Shown piece by piece: positions 1 to 14,700 of a stretch of 64,000 bases of DNA. Under the pieces are notes generated by a model. That model saw only the letters and a program-made list of their open reading frames with translations, had not been told where the DNA came from and ran no database searches. This stretch comes from Eledone cirrhosa (Eukaryota), in the NCBI GenBank assembly GCA_964016885.1, contig OZ024749.1:48980001-49044000 (forward strand), given 5' to 3'. Numbering within the stretch: the stretch's first letter is position 1; each line of letters begins with the position of its first letter. The position numbers and the translations under genes were made by a program.

Positions 1-79
1 AACTATTGTAGCCTCGATTCTACTTATTATTATATAATATGAAGTGAAGAATTATACATACACGCACACACACACTCAC

Positions 80-135
<56 letters not shown>

Positions 136-469
136 CTCTGCATGTATATATGTATGCGAAAATATAGGAAAAACAACAAAAGCAAATGGTACGGTCACAA
201 AGTAGTTATATATTAGCTGAACGTTTCATAGATTAGGAATATGTTTTAGAGTTTTCGACGTTAGTCCTTCATTGGAAGATAACAGACATTCTTCTTAAAT
301 AATTATAAGTCATGTTGCTTTAAAAGCAACCAATCATCCCCAAAAAGGATCGACACATTTGAAAATAACAGTCTATGTATACCAATGTATACACTGTTAA
401 CATCACACAATTTTGTCATAACTATGTAACGATCTGTGGGCTCATCTTCCGAACGTATTTAGTAAACGG

Positions 470-910
470 AAACAGTATCAGGAAATATGAATATATCAAG
501 ACACAAGACTAAATATATAGGCATCGTCCATTGGGGTTTGTTAACAAATTATACAGAATGCCAAGATGTCAGACACTAATTTCAAAATACAGACAGAAAA
601 CATATATAATCTTCATTAATTAACAATTTTATCAGAAAATACAATTTCATTAAAGACAACAAATCACTCAAAAAGATTTCTCACAAGAAATTTAAATTAC
701 AAAAATTTGGGAACTGATTCAAAGATAATAACTGTGAACCTCGAAGTCACATGAATAATGCCATAGACAACACATGTTAAATTAAATATATGTGAATATC
801 AAAAGCCACAGTGTCTAGAAGGCTAACTATATTAAAATAATCACTATTTTACGGAGAATATCTCTTAGGAAAGCGAACTAAATTCATCCTCCGATTCAAT
901 TATTCAAAAC
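470..910 (+). pseudogene. Highly decayed Penelope-like element GIY-YIG endonuclease remnant
   Basis: Manual translation across stops and frameshifts gives KYIG..., H*FQNTDRKH...SL, IWELI, QCLE and LLGKRTKFI in order. This resembles the PLE GIY-YIG pattern YIG...H...F...LS..IW.LK...W...C.LC..EK...LLNKRSE. Confidence 0.4.
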
Positions 911-2949
911 TGCGTAGAAAACACAACGTTTCGAACAATAGAATTTTTTTTAAAATCAGGTTGTGCTATGACATTCTATACGATACATATGCAACTTCCA
1001 TTATATCAGATTTCCTATTTCTGTATACTTCTTATATATACGAATAATACATTATATATACGCTATCTCTCTATTTCTGTAAGTAAATGCAAATAGGGCC
1101 AGCTAATAAACTACTATTTCCTACTGCTTCAGAACAATGGATTTTATCATTTTTGTTTATTATCTCAGGATCAGATATTATATTATTAGTCAGATGGGAA
1201 CATTTTCCTAGTCTCCGTATAATATATCCTCTCATCGGGATGGCTCTAATGCTCTAAAGAAGCGAATTCATCTAAATCTACATCATAGTGTTGTTAAGCC
1301 GTGTAACGTGTTAAGCCTACTGAAAATCATCGTCAATTCGAGGTCGAATATCCAGGTTTCAGTCAATTTTAGTTCATCTAAGTCTGCAATATTTCATCTA
1401 AGTCTGTATTACATTCTATCTTGGCCGCTATAGTGATATGATTCGATGGGTATTTAGATTATATAACTAGCAGGTATAGCGATAAACCGTATTTCCCTAC
1501 GTTGACTGAAAATATCTAAGCAGATAAAAAAAATATTCGAAAAAAATGTACTGTAAATCAAAAGTTAATTTGAAGAAAATACTAAGGCAAATTATTAGAT
1601 AAATCAGTTAATATACTCAAATAACTACATCAAACATCATGTGAAGAAATAAAAAAAATCGTATCAATATTACCATCTTATTTCCACGATATTACTCTTT
1701 TAGAATGTTTCATATATTTCAATACTTTTTGAGCACGAGTATTGGAAATATATTCCATATCTAAAGTCAATATCACTAGTTATGTAATCATAAAACACTT
1801 ACACAAATTCAACGCCCATATTATATTACATTCGGTTTAATTTTATTATTCGAAAATCTTGAACTCGATCAATAATTTTATTTTCCATGAATGTGTGATA
1901 TAAGTAGGTGCGAATTTCCAATTATCCGAAAGCTCTTCAGAATAACATTTCTACACAAGCCATGTACACATTCATTGAGTTTGAAGCTGTATAAATTATT
2001 TAAAAAATATGCTATATGTGTAGAAATTAAATGCAATACATTAAATAACAATTTTCAATTAAATCATATTTAATAAGCACCTAGTTTGTTACAAAAATTA
2101 TATTTAAATGTCAGGTGTTATTTAATAAATATCTTGCGCAAATAAGGAATTCGAGGCAGTGAATTATAAATTAAGTGTCTACATTATGGACAACATAAAT
2201 CTAACAATATTTCTTTCATCATATTTGTTTATTATGTAATTTATTATATATATACAGAAATGTATACATTTCTCTTTTTAATGTATACCATGTCCTTATA
2301 ATACTTTCAAATATAAGCATTGACATGTCTCTCTACACAGACTTTCACATCGCTTGAAATCTTACACAAATACCCCACAAAATACATTCAAACGTCTTAA
2401 ACAACGACGGGTGCAAATAGTAATATGAACACATGTTGAAATTATTATTAATTCCAATGCATAATTTAATTTAAAATCATCTATATCACACTTGTTATTC
2501 GTTACTATTCGTTGATTCAGAGGTCCAGTCACGTCACTCAACGCTCGTTTTGGGTTCTCTCCTTTTATCTCAATAGCCAGTATATCTAAACCTACCTTAC
2601 TAGAAAAGTGAATATGTAATCCTTTTTCAATGGTTTACATACAGCCAGCCTTAATTTTCTTAGCGATAGCCAAGCAAGTAAAAAAACATTGGCACATTCA
2701 TATTCTTCAAACAAAACCTTTAGAATATTTCACTTTCTCTTCTGGTATGTTTTTATGTAATACTTTAATTATTTGAGTGTATTATTATGTCATACATAAA
2801 TAATACATATTGATATCAAGTACACAAAAGTGATGTAAGTAAGAAAGGTTAAACTTGTAAAACCTCATGGCTGATTTGAAATCTTGTACATGATTTAATC
2901 ATGTAGAAGATCCATAATATGACAGCTGAAAGGAGAATAGTTCTAATAC

Positions 2950-3150
2950 CACTGGGCCGGAATTTACGGTATCGATTATGTACAGATAAAAAAAAAATAT
3001 TTACCTTGGCAGGATATGCTCTAAGAATGCAGTCGGAAGAAAATTCAAAAATTTCCAAATCGATAACTTCACACCTTTTAGAAAATGCTACGCCTAAGAG
3101 GAAAATCAGTGATATTTGCTGTTTACTCGAAACGAGTTGGGATCCATTAC
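2950..3150 (+). mobile_element. Possible decayed RTE-type LINE 3' fragment
   Basis: KKIFTLAGYALRMQSEENSKI...TPKRK loosely resembles the RTE C-terminal motif R..AGH..RM...R..K......GKR.RGRP. Confidence 0.3.
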
Positions 3151-3518
3151 AATGTAGTCTAAATAGAAGCATTCATTTCTTTGTATAATTCGACGACATA
3201 AAGTTTAATTATCTTGCCCTCCGACAAAGCAGCAATTGTCAAGATATAGCAATTAAAGAACAAGAGGCCTAGAAGATGTCGAACAATCTACTCAATCAGC
3301 AGTAACATCTGCTCTTCCAATTTCCTTACATTCCTTATCTTAATTCTCCTTCTTTAGTCTTCTATGCTGTTTTAATGTCAGCAGTTATACTGGAGGAATG
3401 GGAGTGCAGTTATAACGCCACATAGCGCTTCTCCTCCTGTTGAAATTTGAATTTGAAACCAAAAATCTAAAGATTAAAGTTGATAAAATTCTTATAAAAA
3501 ACGAAACATAAACATTAC

Positions 3519-3536
3519 AATAATAATAATAATAAT

Positions 3537-3617
<81 letters not shown>
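3519..3617. repeat. (TAA)n microsatellite
   Basis: Seen directly; explains the poly-Leu ORF 3515..3697. Confidence 0.98.
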
Positions 3618-3618
<1 letters not shown>

Positions 3619-4649
3619 GTCCTATCAGCATCAAAAAGAAAGACATAAAATACTGAAATAAAATATTACCACAACAAATAATGTTAACTAGAATCATAGA
3701 TACAAGAAATGATGATATAAAGAAAAAAATATATCAATCAAAGCAGATTTGATCTTTAATTTTCTTCTTTCATCGACAGTAAATGATTAGATAACCAGAA
3801 CGAATATATTACTTCCTACATTTAACAATAACTTTTTGAGTGAAAAATTGTTAAAAGAAATGCCAAAGGAAAAATCCTTCCACGAGTGAAACAAAGAAGC
3901 TAACAAACAAAATGCCACCGCCATTCCATCTTGTAGAATGACTGTCCAGGCAGAAGAAAGAGAGTGTATAATTTCAATTATCATTGCTCACTGAATTTTC
4001 ATCATGATGTTGTTGGTGTGTTGTTGTTATTGAAGTTTTGTGTGGTAATCGCTGTTGTAGTTTTGTTATTTTTGTAGATCTTTACATTGTTATTTTTGTG
4101 TATGTATCGTTCACTACGTCGTTGTCGTCGTTGCAGTTATATTCTCTTTTCTGTAAGATTTAAAACGAAACACACAAAAAAAAGCGTAGCCTATTATTTT
4201 CCGGTAAACGAATTGTTCTTCAATCGAAACTGAAATTGATAGAAAAATCTAAGCCAGGTAAATTACAGCTACAAGACAATAAAAAAAAAACTACAATATC
4301 CACTGTTACGCTAAATTCTATTACTAATATTACTACTAATACTTCTACTAATGCTACGTCTACCATTGATGTTGTTGATGATGATGATTATTATTATTAT
4401 GATGATGACAATGAAAGCGATGAGAGTCTTGATAGTGCTGTAGCTTCAGTTACTATTATATTTGTATTAATTGAATTTAGTTTTAACGTCATTTTTTTGT
4501 TAGCAAGTTTTTAGAAACATTGACATGAGAAGATGAAGGTAATGAAAGCGAAGAAATAAAAGAAATTGAATAAAAATTGGCTAAAAAATATTAAGAAATA
4601 TTAGATAAAATGCAAAAACAGAATCTAAATGAAACATCAAAATATTGTG

Positions 4650-5120
4650 TTATATAAACCGATAGTAAATGAGTGTATATATTACATTGGCATCTCCAAG
4701 TCTACGAGGTAGTAGTTATCTAACGTTTTCCCAAATGATTTGCATTTAAAGTATCTCCAGCTTTCTAAATTAATTCTGATTTAGAGCTAGCAGAATCTTT
4801 AGTGTAGAAAATATTCATCTTGATGATCTGCTTGGACGAGGAACATAATACACAAAGACTATTTGTGAATTACATTATATTTATACTGATATATTTTAGT
4901 TTTAGGTGAATGTCTTTAATTTAGTTGATATTTTCTCGAATGTTTTGTTGTATAAACCTTTGTTAAGACATCCGCTATCATACAAATGTGTCCTAGGTCT
5001 GATCATCCCATCGTTTCTTGTTTACAGCTTACCTTGGTACTGGAGTAATCAGTGCTTTGATGACGCAGATAATATGCCACGTACTGGTGTCAGTTAAGTA
5101 GATTAAACACATCACCAAAT
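4650..5120 (-). mobile_element. Decayed R4/Dong-like LINE fragment (zinc-knuckle region)
   Basis: Minus-strand NSLCVLCSSSKQII... and downstream KTLDNYYLVDLEMP resemble the CRLC...ETIDHI knuckle and VLEN...LWDMP motifs of RLE LINEs. Many stops. Confidence 0.33.
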
Positions 5121-5157
5121 AATCTGCCCTATGACGTAAGTTAAATATAACTGCTGT

Positions 5158-5332
5158 TAATAATTGTTTCCCAGTTTGGCACAAGGCCAGCAATTATCCA
5201 GTGCATTACTGGTACTTTATTTTATCGACCCCGTAAGGATGAAAGGCAAAGTTAACCTCGGCGGGATTTGAACTCAGAATGGCAAGGGCTGTAACTCTAT
5301 GCGTCAAAGCATGGCATCCGACCCTCTACCAT
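5158..5332 (-). mobile_element. tRNA-derived SINE (octopod-type), slightly 5'-truncated
   Basis: Reverse complement matches the full copies at 18262 and 51856 (B box GAGTTCAAATCCC; core ctttgcctttcatccttacggggtcgataaaataaagtaccagt). Confidence 0.9.
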
Positions 5333-5455
5333 TTACCTTTCATTCTTTACAGGGTCGTTAAAATAAAGTACCAGTAATACAATGGTGTCTATTTAATCGA
5401 TTTTCCACTCCCCAAAATGTTTGGGTTGGTGCCAAGAGTAAAAATATTTATTATT
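5333..5455 (+). mobile_element. SINE 3' half of an older subfamily, head-to-head with the previous copy
   Basis: cctttcattctttacagggtcgttaaaataaagtaccagt matches the SINE core. Confidence 0.8.
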
Positions 5456-5506
5456 GTCGTTGTTACAGTTGCTACTATTAGCATTACAGTTACAATGATT
5501 TATGTA

Positions 5507-5618
<112 letters not shown>

Positions 5619-6038
5619 TCAACTAACTATAATATGAACTATTTGAACTTATTCAGTACACAAGAATGTTCTTTGCACATCTAAATCATCCAATAAAAAT
5701 GTAATAAATAATATCAATATACATATCCTCTCTTTAGAGAATAAAACATTACCATCCTGATAAGCTGTTCCAGTATATTTGGCACCTATTTAATCCATGT
5801 TCCGCACATTAAGGCCAAGGCAATGAATATTTACATTTCGAATTTGTTCGAACGACTGAAGCACGTATAAACAGAGCAGTAATATTCCATAGTTATGTTA
5901 AATATTAAGAAAGTCTTCACCGGGCTTCATAAAACGATATTTATTTTCCTCGTTTGTATACATTTTATAACATGATAGACCTAGTAAAATCAACTTCAGT
6001 GCTACTACATTCACACACTCACACATATCCATATATAC

Positions 6039-6129
<91 letters not shown>

Positions 6130-6236
6130 TCCATAGCCATTCCACACAAGGGTATATATAGACTGTCATTCACGTATCGTATATATGACTTTCTCTGAAT
6201 ATAGACTATGAAAATAACGATTGGAATACTATGAAC

Positions 6237-6301
<65 letters not shown>

Positions 6302-6886
6302 TTATTTATTTATTTATTTTTATATATGTGTGTGTGTATGAATCTAAATGCCTGGCAATATCATGAAATAAAAAAAATCTATTCAAAACCATTAGAAAAC
6401 ATTAATCCAGTAGACCTTGTACGACACAAATAATGTACAAAATATGTTGATACCATTCTCTCTCTCTCTCTCTCCCCCTCTCTCTGTATCTCACTCTAAA
6501 ACACATAGAAAACTGTTCACGCATACACATATATTTGTATAACCTATTATAATCCTACCAATCCATACACACACTTATCAAAATAGGAAATCAAATATCA
6601 TACGCAAAAATACAAATAATGAAATTGCTGAAAACAAATAAATTAGTAAATACCATATAGACACTTACAAGCCAACGCTTGAAAATCAATAACATACGTG
6701 GGAATTCATTTAAAGACGGAAAAAAATTGTTGTTTTGGAATAAACCCGTAGACAAAACAGACTAAAATAGATGAAAAACTGAACGATAAAACTATATAAA
6801 AATTACAATAAGAATTTTACGCTCAATTGTCACGAAATTAGTAGGAAAATAGTTGTTATTTTTATAATTACCTTTTTTTCTTCCAG

Positions 6887-6920
6887 AACAACGATTAATA
6901 GAAGTGGAAATGTTAGTAAG
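6887..6920 (+). other. Candidate 34-nt internal exon
   Basis: Acceptor ttttttcttccag| and donor AAG|gtatgc; two open frames. No supporting partner exon was found. Confidence 0.25.
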
Positions 6921-7494
6921 GTATGCTTATTTTTTTGTATGACTGATTGTCAACAGCTCTACAATTATTGTTAAATTGGAAAACGGAAGCAATTAATGAG
7001 GTTTAAAGATTAAAAGCCTATTAAAACCCAATGTTATGGAAACGTGCTTCGGATTAGTAGCAAAATAAGAAAAAATATCTATCAATCTAGTAATCGATTG
7101 TAAAATAATCATTGAAAAGCAGTTTTGGGGGTTCAACATGATGATTGCAGCTAGTGTTTAAAGACATGTCTAAGTTTTTCTGATAATCTGATGAATATGT
7201 AAACACATTATCTTCGTTAAAACGACAAATACAACGAATATGTGTAATATTGTCACGTAAAATTATTGAAATTATGAAGCTTCTACTTTTTGCATATCAT
7301 GTTTATTCAAAGGCTATTTCTATTTCCTATTAAGAACATTTAAAGGTATTGTTTTTCGGTTAATATTTCGCTGTGAAGTATTTCCTGGTAGTTCCACGTT
7401 GTCAAGAAATGTTATATATGTGCACAATAGAGGTTACTGTCTGAATAATCCTAGTCTGGAACGAAAGATTCCAGAGCAACCAACATATATTATA

Positions 7495-7562
<68 letters not shown>

Positions 7563-7566
<4 letters not shown>

Positions 7567-7917
7567 CAAATAAGAAACGGAGAATTAGTGTGGCAACGAA
7601 TAAAATGTATTAGATATATTACATCGTTTCTCTGGCGACCAATTCGAGGCACGATCGATGTAATGATCGAACCTGAAATCGCAATGTCATCAGATACGTC
7701 TCGATTCTACGAAGCAGTGTTTTCAAGCTTGATATTTCAGTGTCAGGTTCGATCAACACATCGATCGTGCATAGAGCTAGTCGCCAGAGAAACGATTGTA
7801 ATATGTCTAATACATATTGTTCGTCGCAACACTGATTTTCCGTTTCTTATGTGATACCATACTCTGCTCTGAAACGGCCTACCGCTTACGGACACTTAAA
7901 GCAGCCCACACCATTCA
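7563..7917 (+). mobile_element. Fold-back element family B in (TA)n (PLE pLTR-like, hammerhead-bearing)
   Basis: Inverted arms about 7564-7676 and 7743-7856, a tail of about 60 bp, and (TA)n on both sides. A homologous single-arm copy lies at 45375-45615. Confidence 0.85.
7612..7702 (-). ncRNA. Type I hammerhead ribozyme motif with extended stem II
   Basis: Minus strand reads AGACGUAU-CUGAUGA-(about 56 nt with GCGAUU/GGUCGC pairing)-GAAAC-GAU-GUA-AUAUAUCU. The opposite arm has AUAUGUCU, which completes stem I. Confidence 0.65.
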
Positions 7918-7933
7918 TATATATATATATAAT

Positions 7934-7994
<61 letters not shown>

Positions 7995-7996
<2 letters not shown>

Positions 7997-8178
7997 AACA
8001 GGTATGACCCCGACGGCAGAGCTCAAGCCGTTTCGACGGCTAATTCAGAATTAGCCGTCGAAACGGCTTGAGCTCTGCCTTGGGGGTAATACTTGTTCCT
8101 ATTACGCATTCTACTACCCTAAGTATTGAGTACTTTGATGCGTTATGGTCCATCTGGTTCCTTACCACATTTCCCTCG

Positions 8179-8181
<3 letters not shown>
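7995..8181 (+). mobile_element. Fold-back element family A, copy 1, in (TA)n
   Basis: Palindrome 7995-8099 plus a tail of about 80 bp ending ...ccacatttccctcgtta. Five near-identical copies occur in the window. Confidence 0.92.
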
Positions 8182-8214
<33 letters not shown>

Positions 8215-8949
8215 GAGACAACAAACAGATGTCAAAATGTCTTATTAGTTTCCCGCTTTATATGGAAAACGGGATGGAAAGTTCGATGTGTGCATGTTGT
8301 GTGTGCCTGACTGTAGAGAGTTATAAGCTTATTTGTTCGTATTGTATTCTTGTAAGTCCAAATTGTTCTTTTAATACACCAATTTGTGATTTAAATATAA
8401 ATGTTATACAAATGTGTTTTTTGGTTAACTACAAAGGCGTTATAATCGTTATAATTGTTATCTTTAACTATTCAAAGTGGATGTAGTTATATCAATTATG
8501 AAATAATGCTGTACATATATTTTTTGCTTTAGCCCATTATTTGCTATAGAAGCGAGAACGACATTTGATCGCAGACTATTTGACTTTAGACATATAGAGA
8601 AACAAATATGATACACATATTCTGCTGATTCACAGATTTGAATTATATTAATAATATTGCTTTTGTCTGGAAAACATCAACTTCAGGTTTATTTTATTAT
8701 TAAATTATACAAAATGAATTGAATTGGACACAGTGTATTACTAGTTATTTAATGGATTGTATGGAGAAAAGAAGACTTAAATGTGACGCCAGCTTCTCTA
8801 TGCTATAGACTAAGAGTAATATGTTACCAAAATTGAAACTGTACATATTGCATGCTTACCAAACTGCGATTCTTTTTTAATATATTATTAACATTTTATT
8901 TTTAAACACAAATCAGCTTATTTCGAAGGAAATTGCATTCAATTAAAAC

Positions 8950-9110
8950 CACACCAGTATTTGACGGCTACTTAATTTTATTAACTTTCAGGGGAATTGA
9001 AATGCAAATTAACCTCGCTGTGCTTTCCAATCACTACATAAAGAGGCGTAACTAACTACCGAATGTCATTTTCTCCGACGCTTTAACGATTCTGCTAAAC
9101 CAAAGCCTTA
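8950..9110 (-). mobile_element. Old degenerate SINE copy
   Basis: tgaaatgcaaattaacctcg...ccgacgctttaacgattctgcta resembles the reverse-complemented SINE body and head. Confidence 0.55.
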
Positions 9111-10337
9111 TTATCATATTACCACGTGAATGGATATAAGTAACAAGTTAATTCCAGAAATATCTGTGTCATTACTAAAGCGAAATTACCATAACAACCA
9201 ACATACTAACAACAAACAACAAACAGCGAAGTAGGAAATATATTATTCCCACAAATGTATCATATCTGAAGCGACTCATCCATATGAATGAAAATGAGCA
9301 TTGGATATGTTTTCCACTTACGCATTTAACAACAAGATTATCCATGCATTCATGATATGATATTAAACATGATTTTATTATGAATGTTGGGAATGTTAGT
9401 TATGATCGCGTTATATATATGGACGTCTGAAAGAACGGGGTTTCCTTTCATCATTTTTTTATCATTATTGTTTTAGTTTTCTATATTTTTACCAGGCTTG
9501 CAATTCAAATGTGTTGTTTCGCCAACATTGTTTGATTGGGAAGAATCTATATAACACATTTTCTACATCAGTGAAGCAGTGAATGTTTATGTTCTTACGA
9601 ATATAGAGGCAAACATGCAGCCATATTCATACGATGACATACGCTTGGAAGCATACACATCCACATATAAAACACGCACATAAACACACATAGAAGCACA
9701 TAGACACGTGTAAGATATATCATATCCTATCATATTATATATTTCACACACTATTTTAAAGTTTTATGTAATAAATAGTACTCTTTCATTGGGCATTTGA
9801 TTTATTCAGTTATTTTTTGTCTATAAAATTTCAATATCAATTTCTTGTCTTTCTGTTTCCTATATTTTACATAGTGTTTATGTTCTTCATCATCTCATCT
9901 CAGACCCCTGCCATTAGATTATAATTATGCAAATGAGGGTATTTGTTTCGCAGAAATATATTTTTCAGGAGCTACAGTAAAAATCATGACTCGATGATTT
10001 GAAAATATTTTGTTAGTATGACTATGTTTATCCTCCCATAAAATGTTCTGAGTTTTTATACACAAAATGTGGGTACATTTAACCAAGTCCACTGTTTACA
10101 CGTTTGAGCTGGGTCACCTCCTATCTCCCAATAATTAACTTTCGTGTTTTGAGATACCCTGAAATAATGGCTATAACAGCCGTTCGAGCTTTCACGAAAC
10201 GTTCTACGACAAATAAAATCACTTCCAGTATATTTTGAACGCGCAGATGAAGTATTTGTATTCATACTCATATTAAATGTCTTAAACGTTCCTCTAGGTA
10301 ACTTCTTTTCTTTTATGGACAAATCACTTTATAAAAC

Positions 10338-10828
<491 letters not shown>

Positions 10829-12759
10829 TGTGTCTGTGTATTTACTGTTAACGTGATGATAATAGGAATTGGAATCTTAAAATATTTTATGACCTCAACG
10901 TTGATTGAAACGTATATTTTTAGAAATTGTATTCTTACTGCATGAAACCCAAATAATTTCTTTCCTTTAAGCACGAACCGTTGTTTGCTCTGGTAATTTC
11001 AAACGTGTTATCGCACGTTGTAGTCATTCTACAGACCTTTACGAAATTCCATATAATAAATCATATGGTTATTACAAGAGAAACCTTTCAAAGTCGAATT
11101 GGTATCGTATACGTAAATCTAGTTCAGTGGTTCATAAGGATTATTTCATAGCTGAAATGTATAGCTAAAACTATGGTAAACATTTATAAACCTTTGAAAT
11201 ACATTATAATTCCTTTCGAAAACTGTATTTGTAAGATAAGGCGATAATGTATTTCGGATTCTGAAGTGAGATTCTGAAGTTTGTTTCCTTGTGTTGAGTT
11301 TTTTTTTTATTACTAACACTGTAAAATATTGCTGAGAAGTCTAAATTTCTTGCTTCGTATTTTACGATGGAAATCAATAATAATTACAAGAAAAGAAATG
11401 CTGGATACCTAAAGTCAATAATTTATTGTTTTTCCTTGGTTTATTTTTTCTCTTTTGTTTCGCGCTGTTTTCTTTCAATCAAAGAATTGCGATAAATCAT
11501 AAACAAACTGTTACTCTATTTTTCCAGAGAATTTTTTTTTCGGTGGATTGTAGCACTGAATCTTAAAGAAACGATCTTTAATTTCATTCATCTAAACTAG
11601 ATGTGATAGGCACAGCAAAAGAAATACGAGAGGTGGGGTAGTCAGTTACTGGAACAGTCCATTATTGGTACATATCTTTTCAATCTACCGAACGATCTAA
11701 AGCAAATATCACCGAGAGTAGTGATGAGCTCAGAATTTAATGGGCTGTAACTACACACACATAATTTCGAGTAGTACCCAAGCAATTCCAGCAATTTCCT
11801 ACTATATATATATATTGAATCCTGATACAGTTATCCATATAAGTATTTATACATATGTATGCGTGTATATATATATATAATAAATACACAAAATATACAT
11901 ACATGTATGTCAGTGTCCACATGTTAGCATATGAACGTGTAGGCATATGTGAGCATTTGAATTTCTATCAGTAAAGCTTTTTTCATATTGCTCTATTCAG
12001 TATATTTTTGTTTCTTCAAACGAAAACATATTTCTACATACTCTATAGTTGCAAACTATTAGGGATTGGAGAAACACATTAACCACAAGGTCGATATAAA
12101 ATATGTAGTGATATGTATACAAACTTATATATATTTATATATGTGTGTTTGTGTTTTTTCTGTTTGTGTGTGTGTTTGTGTGTGTTTTTGTTTTGTTTGT
12201 GTATGTGCGCGTTGTTTATATATGTGTTTATGCCTGCGTGTGTGCCTGGAAGACGAATAGGGATAAACATCACTTAAACAATAGGCTAGTAGGCAATATT
12301 TTTCGGGATTTCAGTCGTTCAGAATTAATGATATTCTCTTCATCTTACATTACATCTACACCTATGACATTTATTTTATTATGCGACTCTAGGATACACC
12401 TATTAAATGATGAATGATTAGAAGAATAGCGCTAACGAGACAATGAATGTCGTATAATAAAATGTCTGTTGAAAAAGAATGAAACTATGTTTCGTATTTA
12501 AAGTGTATATAAATATTAATGAAAGTTAATCAATGTCAGCTAAATTATTGAACTGGAAATTCAAGTTTGTTGCATCCCTTCATATTTTGTCTGTATTACT
12601 ATCTAGTTAAAAACAATTACCTGTGTAGTGACTAATATACCACCACTCTATGAATGTTTCTCTCTGCCCTACACACACAACTCGTTTTCGAGTACGGCCA
12701 CTACTTTATATCCATGTAGGAGAAACCCTACCGATGCGCTGAACGAGTGTGAATTTTTA

Positions 12760-13258
12760 GTCCAGCCAGCGACTTGAAAACTCTGGTACAAACACTACAC
12801 TTGTGACAATTATTGACACATAATGCTGGGCCCATGGTACCATGTGACGACAAGTGCAGAGATATTTCCAGATATAAAGCAATGCCTGTGCCGTGTAGCT
12901 TTTATAGTGAGCAAAGGCACTGCACAAAGCCAGTCCCACTCTCTTAACCAAGATGATATTTACCAAAAAGAAGAACATGTCAACATCATTGGATACCATC
13001 AGGGCTGCAGGTGTTATATCAGAGTTTTCCTTCTCCTAGAATTCTGCCTTGACAAAGGCTAAGGGGTCATCTCTCCCGGTGATTTTGGATGGCCATTGAC
13101 TCTTAAGAGCTCATTTGCCCTTTGACAGGTTTTGTCGTTAGTCCTGCAGGATGTCCAAAGTCACCCTCCTCACCAAGAAACCTTGGTGGGGTTGCCAGTT
13201 TAGTCGCTAAAGACAGGTTGTACTGCGATACATGTTACCAGTAGCACCAACTGGTGCT
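12760..13258 (-). mobile_element. Non-coding RTE-LINE 5'UTR-like repeat, copy 1
   Basis: Homologous in inverted orientation to 20678-21212. Contains ctaggagaaggaaaactctgat, which I recognise from RTE-clade 5'UTRs. Confidence 0.65.
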
Positions 13259-14167
13259 ATATATAGATACAAATGTATATATAGACACATGCAAACATAT
13301 ATTGCGTTATTCCCATGTTTGTGTGTGTATGTGTAAAGGGAACTATTTTTCAGTATAATAAAATGGATTTTTATTTTATGACTCAGTCAATAGAAATTTG
13401 TAATAGTTTCTAAAGTCCTGGAGAATGATCTTTGTGAATAACGGGACTAAATGTGGGTGAAATGTTTCGCTTATCAAATATCAATCCTCAATATATTGTA
13501 AAATACATTCCATTTAAAAGTACGGTGATTTTGAGGACATTGAACCGTTATTGTTATTCATACGATCGTGAAGAATCCTCTACTCTGATTATATAAATGC
13601 AATTCGTTAAGACATTTAGACGAAGCTAAATTTGCCTAAACTACATTACTATAATAAAATGAAACGTATTATTATCTAGACAGGATATACCCTGTATAGT
13701 GGAGAATTTTATATACATATTTAACACCAAATAACTTTTCATAACAATCAGATAGAAATAAGATAATAAAAATGTCTTATCTGAGTCTATGTAATTTATA
13801 GTATGATGCGGCGCATCTTGGACATATAAATATATATTTAATTGTCATCTTTGAATTGTGTTCTGTATTTAGTATAGTTACACATGAATAGGACTTATAC
13901 AAGAACACCCAAACTCATATATTTATGTACTCGTAAAAGTAAATCTACATATTTTTATGCATTTATATTATATATTCAAACGTGTGTAATTAAACAAAAC
14001 TTTTTTATGTACTTTCGTACATAAATTGATTCGTAGACATACATAACTCTCAGTACGTATATACATATATATATATGCAGAAAAAAGATAGATAAATAGA
14101 TAGATATATAGATAAAGAGAGAGAGAGAGAGAGGGGGAGAGATAGAGCGATGTGTCCATAATCATAA

Positions 14168-14213
<46 letters not shown>

Positions 14214-14299
14214 CACATACAAATTTATGTATTCCTCTGATCAGATAAATGTGTACCGCGCGCAAAGCACAAGGCACGTCCGCTTCTACAGCAACCCTT

Positions 14300-14700
14300 A
14301 CGTAAGTTTCGGGTGAGTTGGCCTCACATCAAAAATCCTCTACCCAACATTGAACTCAAAGTAGTCTTCGACTCCTAAAATCGAAAGTCAACAATTCAAA
14401 ATATTATCTTTTCCTTCATTGTAACACTGTAGTGGATGATTGCCCTTAATGTATACAGTCAGTTGTGCAGGAAACGAAAGTCTGTATCGGAGACACGTCT
14501 CATCTTTTGTTTTTTGCTTTTTAATTTCTGTTATTTGTCAACTCTAATCAAACAAACTTATGATTGCTGATATTCAATTCATTATAAGTATGACGCCTCA
14601 GAATGGGTGTAATATGAACACTATTTCTGGGAGATTGAATGAGAGTGTACATGCTCAACCCCAAGCTCAAATTCGATTCGATAGAATTGCTTAATTTGAA
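14300..14700 (+). pseudogene. Decayed Penelope/Poseidon-type GIY-YIG remnant
   Basis: PNIELKVVFDS ... NVY...C ... CIGDTSHL ... ES...LNPKLK across frameshifts, matching VVY...C..C...YIGET.R.L ... ES..I...P.LN. Starts shortly after a (TA)n tract. Confidence 0.45.

Noticed and set aside
245-275. Minus-strand AUGAAG-GAC uaac GUC-GAAA hammerhead-like trace (similar weak traces near 29.9 kb and 36.78 kb)
   Set aside because: Too degenerate: no stem I or III support, although the position near PLE remnants is suggestive.
4236-4514. Thr/Asp-rich ORF with a hydrophobic end
   Set aside because: Built from decayed trinucleotide repeats (ACT, GAT, TAT).
7995-8181. Family A as a classical MITE or as CRISPR-like repeats
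   Set aside because: The inverted repeats are not terminal (one-sided 80-bp tail), turn points vary and copies are dispersed with no spacer array; the context is eukaryotic.
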